Shown: piece after piece, positions 30,624 through 38,058 of the stretch
How positions within the stretch are numbered: the first letter of the stretch is position 1
Layout of the letters: every line of letters begins with the position of its first letter
NCBI GenBank assembly: GCA_022014175.1
Contig: JAKLLR010000002.1
Location: forward strand, 1 to 50,795
From: Gammaproteobacteria bacterium
Lineage (GTDB): Bacteria; Pseudomonadota; Gammaproteobacteria; Immundisolibacterales; JAKLLR01
Direction: 5' to 3'
DNA length: 50,795 bases
Notes under the pieces: generated by a model
What the model was told of the DNA's origin: nothing
Databases searched by the model: none
The model's input: the letters and a program-made list of their open reading frames with translations, nothing else
Translations under genes and position numbers: made by a program

Positions 30624-31396
30624 CCGAACTGCAGGCTTAGGCGGCTAATGCTGCCGAATTCAAAACCCTCCACCATCAACTGTAGTGGATCATCCGCCCG
30701 GCTCGCTCCTGCTGCCAACCAGAGGGGTGAGAAATGCTCCGGGGTCGGGTGCGCCGTTGCAAAGTCCGGTGCAGAGGTCGCGGCATTTAACAGCGCACTC
30801 CAATCCCGCCGCTGCACAACCTCCCGGGCCCAACTGTCAAAATTCACCGCCCAATCCGGAGGTACAGACCTCTCACTGGGGTCGAACTGATAGAGATTAT
30901 GGGTCAGGGAGCCACTGGCCAGAATCAGCACCCCCTCGTTTCTCAGCGGCGCCAGTTGCTGCCCTAGCCTGAACAGCTCGTCGGGTTGAAGCGGTGCAGG
31001 CTGGGCCAACTGCAGAACAGGAATGTCAGCTTCGGGGAAGAGCCTGAGCAGTGGCACCCAGACACCGTGATCGAAACCTCTAGATGGCTCGGATTTAACC
31101 TCTGTGCCGGACTCAGCCAGTAGCTGAGAGACGCGATCAGCCAGTTCCGGGGCCCCGGGAGCCGGGTATCTGAGGTTGTAGAGCGGCGCCGGAAAGCCGT
31201 AAAAATCGTACAGCAGGCTGTGGTTGCTCCGGGCTCCGACCGTCAGGGTTGGCGCCACCCAGTGAGCAGAGATAGTCAGGACGGCCGAGGGGCGCGGCAG
31301 CTGTTTGCCCCACTCCACCAGGGGGGCACCTTTGGCCTGATCCAGCGCCAGGGTCGGTGCGCCATGGGAGACGAAAATAACGGGTGCGGCAGGCAT
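30620..31396 (-). CDS. ygiD: 4,5-DOPA dioxygenase extradiol family protein (YgiD-like class III extradiol dioxygenase)
   Basis: FVSHGAPTLAL N-terminus, SAHW, and the YDFYGFP..LY..RYPAPG motif. Confidence 0.85.
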   Translation of the reverse strand: MPAAPVIFVSHGAPTLALDQAKGAPLVEWGKQLPRPSAVLTISAHWVAPTLTVGARSNHSLLYDFYGFPAPLYNLRYPAPGAPELADRVSQLLAESGTEVKSEPSRGFDHGVWVPLLRLFPEADIPVLQLAQPAPLQPDELFRLGQQLAPLRNEGVLILASGSLTHNLYQFDPSERSVPPDWAVNFDSWAREVVQRRDWSALLNAATSAPDFATAHPTPEHFSPLWLAAGASRADDPLQLMVEGFEFGSISRLSLQFG

Positions 31397-31470
31397 GGAT
31401 TGAGTCTATCAAAGTTGGTTCAATCAGGCGGGGCGGCAAACGGGCCGGACCGATGGGGTACACTCGATCC

Positions 31471-32313
31471 ATGAGCAAGATTGACCTGCATACCCACTCC
31501 ACTGCATCCGATGGCACCCTTGCGCCTGAGGAGCTGGTGCAGTTGGCGGCCACAGCCGGCGTTACCCTGCTGGCGCTGACGGATCACGATACCCTCGATG
31601 GCCTGCCCGCAGCCCGCGACGCCGCTCAGGCTAGCGGGGTGGGGTTTCTGCCGGGGGTGGAGATCTCCGCCAACTGGGGGCCTCACAGCGTCCATATCGT
31701 CGGCCTCGGTTTTGACTGCCGGAGCCCCTCTCTGGATGCTTTTCTGAAGAATCAGATGCTGCACCGCCAGTCTCGGGCGGAGTTGATTGCGGACCGTCTG
31801 GCCAGGAAGGGTATCGAGGGTGCCTTGGCGGGTGCGGTTGCTCTGGCGGGTGGCAGGGTGCCGGGGCGGGCTCATTTTGCCCGTTACCTGATCGCCGAGG
31901 GCCAGGTGGCGGATTTCCCCCGGGCATTTAAGCGGTATCTGGGCCGGGGGTGCTCGGCATATGTGCCACCGGCGTGGCCGGAAATGGCTGAGGTGATCGC
32001 AGAGATTCACCGCGCCGGGGGGGCTGCGGTATTGGCCCATCCTTGCCACTATCAGATGAGCACGACCTGGGTTCGACATCTGCTGGAGCAGTTCAGGGCT
32101 GAGCAGGGTGATGGGGTCGAGGTGGTGACCTCAGGGGATGATGCGACCCGGATCGAGTGGCTGGGGCAGCAGGCGGTGGCCAATTCTCTGGCGGGATCGA
32201 TCGGCAGTGATTTCCACGCCCCGGGGCAGTGGCGTCACCCCGGGAAAATACCGGGATTACCCCGGGGTGTTGAGTCGTTGTGGTCACGCTGGGATCTGGA
32301 TAAAACCGGCTGA
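31471..32313 (+). CDS. PHP-domain phosphoesterase (TrpH/YciV-type 3',5'-nucleoside bisphosphate phosphatase)
   Basis: Start taken at ATG 31471 (MSKIDLHTHSTASDGT). ALTDHDT, GVEIS and LAHP motifs of the PHP fold. Confidence 0.85.
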   Translation: MSKIDLHTHSTASDGTLAPEELVQLAATAGVTLLALTDHDTLDGLPAARDAAQASGVGFLPGVEISANWGPHSVHIVGLGFDCRSPSLDAFLKNQMLHRQSRAELIADRLARKGIEGALAGAVALAGGRVPGRAHFARYLIAEGQVADFPRAFKRYLGRGCSAYVPPAWPEMAEVIAEIHRAGGAAVLAHPCHYQMSTTWVRHLLEQFRAEQGDGVEVVTSGDDATRIEWLGQQAVANSLAGSIGSDFHAPGQWRHPGKIPGLPRGVESLWSRWDLDKTG

Positions 32314-32336
32314 TAAAAAACTGGAGGAGGGGGGAC

Positions 32337-33110
32337 ATGAGTGAGTTTGTGCGGGTTGAAAACCCGGAGCATGGTATCGTTCGACTGCTGATTAACCGGC
32401 CTGAAAAAAGAAACCCCATTGATCCGCAAACCCGGGGCGAACTGGCTGAAGCCTTTGAGGCCGCCAGCAACGACCATGGGGTGCGGGCGATCATCATTAC
32501 CGGCGCGGGTGGTGTCTTCTGTGCCGGCGGGGATCTCAGCACAATGGAGGGTTTTACGCCTCACTCAGCCCATGGGCGGATGCGCCTCGCTCACCGTCTG
32601 CCGAAGCTCATTAGCGCTTCGCCAGTGCCCGTGGTAGCGGCAGTTGAAGGGTATGCTCTGGGCGCGGGAGCGGGGCTGGCACTGTTGGCGGATACCATCG
32701 TAATGGGCAGCAGTGGGGTGCTGGGTTTTCCCTTTTCCCGGCTCGGCCTGGTGCCGGACTACGGCATTCTCTACAGTCTGCCGCGCCGGGTTGGGGCTGC
32801 GGTGGCGCGTCAGGCGCTGTTATACGGGCGCAACTACAGGGCCGAGGATGCCCTGAAGATTGGGCTGGTGGATGAGCTGGTGCCGGATGATGCGGTACAG
32901 GAGTCGGCTCTGGCTCGGGCTCGGGAGCTGGCGATCCAGCCCCGGTTGGCGACTGCGCTGGTCAGGCAGTTGCTCCGCGATCTGCCGCCGACCCTTGATG
33001 CGGCGCTGGAGTCCGAAGCGATGGCCCAGGCGCTCTGTTTTAACGATGCGGAGTTTGAAGAGGGGCTGGCCGCGTTCAGAGAAAAGCGTCGCCCCCATTT
33101 TGGTGGCTGA
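32337..33110 (+). CDS. Enoyl-CoA hydratase/isomerase family protein
   Basis: Crotonase motifs (ITGAGGVFCAGGDL, PVVAAVEGYALGAGAGLAL, AFREKRRPHF). Confidence 0.85.
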   Translation: MSEFVRVENPEHGIVRLLINRPEKRNPIDPQTRGELAEAFEAASNDHGVRAIIITGAGGVFCAGGDLSTMEGFTPHSAHGRMRLAHRLPKLISASPVPVVAAVEGYALGAGAGLALLADTIVMGSSGVLGFPFSRLGLVPDYGILYSLPRRVGAAVARQALLYGRNYRAEDALKIGLVDELVPDDAVQESALARARELAIQPRLATALVRQLLRDLPPTLDAALESEAMAQALCFNDAEFEEGLAAFREKRRPHFGG

Positions 33111-33129
33111 GTCCGCTTCCCGGCAAAGA

Positions 33130-33158
33130 TTGACATCCTCTCGGGCCGTGCTGATACT
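33130..33158 (+). promoter_or_regulatory. Putative sigma70 promoter for the Rieske oxygenase gene
   Basis: TTGACA (33130-33135), a 17-nt spacer, then GATACT (33153-33158). An AGGAGA Shine-Dalgarno lies at 33211-33216, 7 nt before ATG 33224. Confidence 0.35.
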
Positions 33159-33223
33159 CCTCTAGCTACGGTGGGCCAGGTTGTGGTCCGGCCAGATTAT
33201 TTAAAGTATCAGGAGATGGAGTG

Positions 33224-34429
33224 ATGAACGCACCGAAAGGACCCAGTAACCCGATCACTACAACCTACGAAGGCCTGGGTACCGGGCCGGTCAGCACTCT
33301 GCCGAATCGTTCCCAGGAGCTGTTCGAACTGGAGCGGGAAAAAGTCTTCCGCAGCAGCTGGATCCCGGGTGGTCTCTGCCGCGACATCCCCAATCCAGGG
33401 GATTATTATGTCAAAGATTATGCGGTACTTAATTCTTCCCTGATTATTGTTCGTGGACAGGACCACAAGGTCCGTGCTTTCCACAACGCCTGCCCCCATC
33501 GGGGTAACAAGGTGGCCTCTGGCACCGGCAATACCAAGGGGTTTGCCTGTGGGTTCCACGGCTGGACCTTTGACAATCAGGGTGCGCTGGTTTTTGTGCC
33601 GGATGAAGAGCAGTTCTTCGATTTCGACAAAAAGAATTTCTGTCTGAAAGAGGTCAATTGCGACACCTGGGAAGGGTTCGTGTTTGTGAACTTCTCGCCG
33701 GATGAGCCGACAGAAACCTTGCTGGAGTGGGTGGGTGAGATAGATAACGTTCACGGCTTTCCATTCGAGGAGTGGGAGCTGATCGGCCACTGGCGCGCGT
33801 CCGATGTCCACGCGAACTGGAAGATTGTGCTGGATGCCTTCCAGGAGGCCTATCACGCGCCTTTTGTGCACGGGACGTCTCTGCCGGATGCCTTTAGCGA
33901 TGCCAAAAACCCCTATAGCCATATCTTTGCCGTAGATCTTTATAAACGTAACCGGCGGATGTCGGTTTACGCGCCGGATATGAAGGAGCTGCGTCCGGCT
34001 GAGGAGCTAGCCATGAAGCATGGCGGGGCGTTGGCCCAGGGCACGTCTAAAGGCATGGGCGATCTGCCCTCCGGTGTTAATCCGGAGCGCACCATGAACT
34101 GGGGTTTTGACATCAATGTAATCTTTCCGAATTTCCGCTTTTTGCCGGGTCCAGCATTTATGGTGATGGACAACTTCTGGCCTCTGGCTATGGATCGCAG
34201 TATTTTCGATCACTATGTCTTCATGCCCAAAGCGAAGAACGCGGGGGCGAAGATCAGTCAGGAGTACACCCGGTGCCTGTTACGGGATCTCCTGCGGGAG
34301 GATCTGAGTACAGTTGAGGCGGCTCAGCGAGCGATCCTCTCGGGGGCAATGCCTGAAATGATGTTATCTGATATGGAAGTGGGTGTTCGTCACTCTTACA
34401 AGGTCTGGCAGGACGCCATCGATAGCTGA
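33224..34429 (+). CDS. Rieske [2Fe-2S] non-heme iron oxygenase, alpha (catalytic) subunit
   Basis: Rieske motif CPHRGNKV-x-CGFHGWTF, and a downstream mononuclear-iron region (FQEAYHAPFVH). ATG 33224 is preferred (GTG 33221 in the track). Confidence 0.85.
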   Translation: MNAPKGPSNPITTTYEGLGTGPVSTLPNRSQELFELEREKVFRSSWIPGGLCRDIPNPGDYYVKDYAVLNSSLIIVRGQDHKVRAFHNACPHRGNKVASGTGNTKGFACGFHGWTFDNQGALVFVPDEEQFFDFDKKNFCLKEVNCDTWEGFVFVNFSPDEPTETLLEWVGEIDNVHGFPFEEWELIGHWRASDVHANWKIVLDAFQEAYHAPFVHGTSLPDAFSDAKNPYSHIFAVDLYKRNRRMSVYAPDMKELRPAEELAMKHGGALAQGTSKGMGDLPSGVNPERTMNWGFDINVIFPNFRFLPGPAFMVMDNFWPLAMDRSIFDHYVFMPKAKNAGAKISQEYTRCLLRDLLREDLSTVEAAQRAILSGAMPEMMLSDMEVGVRHSYKVWQDAIDS

Positions 34430-34452
34430 TTCGCCAGAATCAACCTGTTGCT

Positions 34453-34491
34453 CAAACCGGGGTCAGCCGTCTGTGCGGCTGCCCCGGTTTG
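34453..34491. terminator. Bidirectional stem-loop between the convergent Rieske and SPOR genes
   Basis: CAAACCGGGG(T)CAGCCG - tctgtg - CGGCTGCCCCGGTTTG: a 16-bp GC-rich stem with one bulge and a 6-nt loop, followed by CCTTTGG. Confidence 0.6.
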
Positions 34492-34530
34492 CCTTTGGTG
34501 GGTTCGAATTCGGGCGGCTGGGACCGGACC

Positions 34531-36030
34531 CTAGGGTGCTCGGGATCTCACGACAAGACAATCCTGCCCGGCTTTTTTAAGTGCGCTGCAGAGTTGGTCG
34601 GCATCACTCCAGTGATCGAACGCACCAGTGGTGACCCGGTAGTAGACGCCTTTGGAGCGTAGCTCTACCGGCTTGAGATTGACGACTTCGCTGCCCAGAA
34701 GTTCGTTATGCTTCTGCTGGATCTGCTTCCAGGCATCCATCGCCCGGGACACCGAGGGTGTGGCGAGCAACTGCACATAATGTTGACCCACCTTCGCGAT
34801 TTTTTCATTTTCTGTCGCTTCTGGTGGAGGTGTTTCGACCACTGTCGGAGGGGGTGTTGAGGGGGGGGTAACATCCGTTACCGTCGCAGGATTGGTTGTA
34901 TTGTCCGGGGTGGCAGCAGTAGCGACCAAAGTGGAACTTCCGGCTGCGGGAGTGGTTTGTTCTACTGTAGCGGAACCTCCGGCTGCTGGAGTGGTTTGTA
35001 CCGCAATTGGCGCAGCGGTGTCGGTGGCAGTCGCCAGTGGCAGGTCGAGGGGAGTACTGGTCAGCTGGGTCTCACCATTATTGCCACCCAGCATCAAGGT
35101 GAGTGCGCCAATGGTAATCAGGCCCAGCACCAGTGCTGCCGTCGCAGGCCCGCCCCACAGCGGGGATGCATCTGCCGGAACCCGCTGGGTTGGTCGGGGG
35201 TCGGCCCTGATCGTTCCCGGTAGAGCCGCTTCAGCGTTAGCGCTAGCTGCCGCGGTTTCGCGCTCGCTTTCATCTGTTGATGTCGTTGTGGCCGGTGCTG
35301 GCGTCGTAAACTTATCCGGGTCGAACTCACCAACCGCATCGGGCGGGTTCGAAGGCTGGTGGTCAGCAGCCACTGGTTCTACCGTACTGCTCTCGATTTC
35401 GGCCGGATCCGAGGGCGTTGCCTTGATATTTTCTGACGCTGGCGGTTGGCCGGGGTGTGGTGGCCGCAATGGGTCAGATACCTCATTTAACGGCGTTTCA
35501 GCCTCAGCAGGGCTGATGTTTGCGGTGGTTGCCGTCGTGACCGGGGGTGGGTTGGTATCATCAGCTTTTTCGGGATTAGACGAGGCTGAAGCGATAATTT
35601 CTGGCTCGATTCGACCAGCCGCCTCCTGGGGTTCATGGTGCTCAGGTGGAGTAAGCTCGGGCGCCTTGTTGCCGAGTTCTGCCACCGGTGAGCTGTAACT
35701 GGACTCTTTTCTATCCCCGAGGTTTGTTTCCTGGCGGGTGCTGGCCACCGGTTCCTGTGGTTCTGAGAGCAGATCGATAAAATCGATCTGCTGGCCGCTC
35801 ACCGGCAGCGCTGATTTGCGGGTTGCGGCAAACAGATCGATGTAATCCATTTCGGCATCGTAGATCGGGCCGGCATCGGTTTCATCCGGCTCGAATCGCG
35901 CCATCTCGATCTTCACTGAGCCGCTCTGTCGGGGAACCCCGGCAGAATCAGCGCCCAGGGACGATGGTTCAGCAGTGCCTTTGGAGGCGAGCAGGTCCGA
36001 GCTCAGAGAGGGGGGGGTCTTAGATTTCAT
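34531..36030 (-). CDS. Bitopic SPOR-domain protein: acidic disordered N-terminal region, one TM helix, Thr/Pro-rich linker, C-terminal SPOR peptidoglycan-binding domain
   Basis: The C-terminal ~80 aa match the SPOR pattern (HYVQLLAT...GVYYRVTTGAFDHWSDADQLCSALKKAGQDCLVV). TM segment is LWGGPATAALVLGLITIGALTLMLGG (about residues 291-316). The ATG overlaps the parA-like TGA (ATGA, 36027-36030). Confidence 0.8.
   Translation of the reverse strand: MKSKTPPSLSSDLLASKGTAEPSSLGADSAGVPRQSGSVKIEMARFEPDETDAGPIYDAEMDYIDLFAATRKSALPVSGQQIDFIDLLSEPQEPVASTRQETNLGDRKESSYSSPVAELGNKAPELTPPEHHEPQEAAGRIEPEIIASASSNPEKADDTNPPPVTTATTANISPAEAETPLNEVSDPLRPPHPGQPPASENIKATPSDPAEIESSTVEPVAADHQPSNPPDAVGEFDPDKFTTPAPATTTSTDESERETAAASANAEAALPGTIRADPRPTQRVPADASPLWGGPATAALVLGLITIGALTLMLGGNNGETQLTSTPLDLPLATATDTAAPIAVQTTPAAGGSATVEQTTPAAGSSTLVATAATPDNTTNPATVTDVTPPSTPPPTVVETPPPEATENEKIAKVGQHYVQLLATPSVSRAMDAWKQIQQKHNELLGSEVVNLKPVELRSKGVYYRVTTGAFDHWSDADQLCSALKKAGQDCLVVRSRAP
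34861..34868 (-). repeat. C8 homopolymer tract (coding strand) inside the SPOR gene linker
   Basis: GGGGGGGG on the plus strand, read as ACC CCC CCC TCA (T-P-P-S) on the minus strand. Confidence 0.95.
34933..34999 (-). repeat. Tandem 39-bp (13-aa) duplication in the Thr/Pro linker
   Basis: ggaacttccggctgcgggagtggtttgt (34933-34960) and ggaacctccggctgctggagtggtttgt (34972-34999) match at 26 of 28 positions, period 39. They encode QTTPAAGGSATVE / QTTPAAGSSTLVA. Confidence 0.85.
35768..35792. repeat. Perfect 11+11 bp inverted repeat (AGCAGATCGAT-aaa-ATCGATCTGCT) inside the SPOR gene
   Basis: Read directly: 35768-35778 is the exact reverse complement of 35782-35792. A 10/11 third copy, AACAGATCGAT, lies at 35831-35841. 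Each copy contains GATC. Confidence 0.9.
36010..36017 (-). repeat. C8 homopolymer tract at codons 5-7 of the SPOR gene
   Basis: GGGGGGGG on the plus strand; the coding strand reads ATG AAA TCT AAG ACC CCC CCC TCT. Confidence 0.95.
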
Positions 36031-36698
36031 CCAGCTAACATTGAGAGTCGATCCACCCGGGTAAATGGATTGGTCACGGTGCCTTCCAGCCGATCTTGCA
36101 GGAATCTCCAGAGCTCGGATACCTCACCAGGAGAGCGGGATTTTCCAGGTAACTCCATCACGGTTCTGCCGTCGATCATGCTGGAGGCAAAATCGACCCG
36201 CTGGTGCAGAATGGCAGGAGCCACCGGGCCATGTTGCGACAGGGCGATAGCGGCTTCGGTGGTGATGCGGGCCCGGGGTGAGGCGCCGTTGAGGGCAAAC
36301 ACCAGAGGTTTGCCGGCCTCTGTACAGATCGCCACGGTCGCACCGGCCGCCCGCAGATCATGGGGACTCGGACGGGTCGGAATCACCACCAGATCCGCGA
36401 CCTGGATCACATGGTGAATGGTGTCTGTGATCGCGGGCGGGGTATCGATCACCACCAGATCAACGCCTGCTTCGGCCAGGCTGATGAGGTCGTCGGGCAG
36501 GCTCTCCCGGGTGGTTTTGACGAAGAATGGCGTATCCACTTCCCGCACATTCCACCAGTCTGCGAGGGAGCCCTGGGGATCGGTGTCAATGAGCGCGACC
36601 GAGCCGAAGCCCGCCCGCTCGGCTTCGACGGAGATATGGCCGGCCAGGGTCGTTTTGCCCGACCCCCCTTTCTGCGAGGCAAAGGCTATGACATGCAT
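36027..36698 (-). CDS. Small ParA/MinD-family partition-type ATPase (plasmid type Ib-like, no N-terminal HTH)
   Basis: Deviant Walker A QKGGSGKTT, then DTDPQGS, VVIDTPP, IPTRPSPHDL. ATG at 36698 has GGAGA 10 nt upstream and is preferred over the TTG at 36740 used by the track. Confidence 0.88.
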   Translation of the reverse strand: MHVIAFASQKGGSGKTTLAGHISVEAERAGFGSVALIDTDPQGSLADWWNVREVDTPFFVKTTRESLPDDLISLAEAGVDLVVIDTPPAITDTIHHVIQVADLVVIPTRPSPHDLRAAGATVAICTEAGKPLVFALNGASPRARITTEAAIALSQHGPVAPAILHQRVDFASSMIDGRTVMELPGKSRSPGEVSELWRFLQDRLEGTVTNPFTRVDRLSMLAG

Positions 36699-37037
36699 GG
36701 TGGGGTTATCTCCGCCGGTAAGGTGTATTGGTTTGGCCAACAGGCGACTGAATCAGACTCCGATTCAACTACCCCGCCCAGACTTGTCGGGCGTGGCAAA
36801 GCAGCATCTGTGGGTCCAGGATTGAGAAAAAGCAGGGGGAGTTGATTTTCACTGGAGGCCATTGCGGCGCTCCCGAGGTCCGAGGACGGCGTCAAACCGA
36901 CCGTTTTCGGCAGGGTTCTGACTAGGTTGGACACGAGCCGTCAAGTGGTTTCAATTGCCTGTCATATCCGGCAAAGAGACAATATAAGCCAGTATGGTAT
37001 CTCCGATTGTACGAGGATGCACCCCCGCGAGCCCGGA

Positions 37038-38030
37038 TTATCGTGAAATTTTTGCGACTTCCGCAGTGATTGCAAACGAGTGCATTCGAGCAGCATGGTC
37101 AAATATCTGGGAGTTGATGATTAACTCATCCGCGCCGGTCCGTTCGACAAATGCTGTCATCTCCCTGGCGATGGTTTCGCCAGTGCCTGCGGCGGTGCAG
37201 GAGAGCATCTGGTCGATCATGCCACGCTCTGGTGGGCTCAACGTGGCACTGTAGTCCTCAACCGGGGGTTGCAGTGGCAGCAATCGACCACTGCGGAGAT
37301 TGACCACCGACTGTTGCATCGAGGTTGCCAGCAGTCTGCCCTCATCATCGCTCTCCGCGGCGAATACGTTGAATGCCATCATCAGGTAGGGTTTTTGCAG
37401 CTGCTCCGAGGGCTGGAACCGTGCACGGTAGATCTCTATGGCTTGCATCATCTGCCCCGGGGCGAAGTGTGAGGCGAAGGCGTAGGGCAGTCCCAGTGCA
37501 GCGGCGAGCTGGGCGCCAAACAGGCTGGAGCCGAGAATCCAGAGTGGTACCTTCAGCCCCTGACCGGGGACCGCCAGGATTTTCTGGCCCTCGACAGGAG
37601 GCCCGAGATAACCCATGAGTTCCACCACGTCCCGGGGAAATTCCCCTTCGTCTGAATTGAGGTTGCGGCGCAGCGCCCGGGCGGTGATCTGATCCGACCC
37701 CGGTGCCCGACCCAGTCCCAGGTCGATCCGTCCCGGGAAGAGAGATTCGAGGGTGCCGAACTGCTCGGCGATCACCAGAGGCGAATGGTTGGGCAACATG
37801 ATGCCGCCGGAGCCCACCCGAATCCGGCGGGTGCCTGCCGCAACATAGCCGATCACCACCGAGGTGGCAGCGCTGGCAATGCCCGGAATGCTGTGGTGTT
37901 CCGCCAGCCAGTAGCGGTTGTAACCCAGCCTGTCCGCCTGCTGCGCGATCTCCAGGGTGTTTTTGAATGACTGGGCGGCGTTGCTCCCCTGGGTAATCGG
38001 GGCGAGGTCAAGTATGGAGAGTGGAATCAT
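37038..38030 (-). CDS. LLM-class (luciferase-like) flavin-dependent oxidoreductase
   Basis: [11 protein letters not shown]...[10 protein letters not shown]...[25 protein letters not shown] pattern typical of the YhbW-like LLM family. Confidence 0.85.
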   Translation of the reverse strand: MIPLSILDLAPITQGSNAAQSFKNTLEIAQQADRLGYNRYWLAEHHSIPGIASAATSVVIGYVAAGTRRIRVGSGGIMLPNHSPLVIAEQFGTLESLFPGRIDLGLGRAPGSDQITARALRRNLNSDEGEFPRDVVELMGYLGPPVEGQKILAVPGQGLKVPLWILGSSLFGAQLAAALGLPYAFASHFAPGQMMQAIEIYRARFQPSEQLQKPYLMMAFNVFAAESDDEGRLLATSMQQSVVNLRSGRLLPLQPPVEDYSATLSPPERGMIDQMLSCTAAGTGETIAREMTAFVERTGADELIINSQIFDHAARMHSFAITAEVAKISR

Positions 38031-38058
38031 AAGGTTAGCGGCCTGTATCTATCGGTAA

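Noticed and set aside
36686-36934. 82-codon ORF upstream of and overlapping the ParA-like gene
   Set aside because: Its composition is Pro/Ser/Leu-rich and low-complexity, it has a GTG start without a ribosome-binding site, and it would overlap the preferred ParA start. It is probably non-coding.
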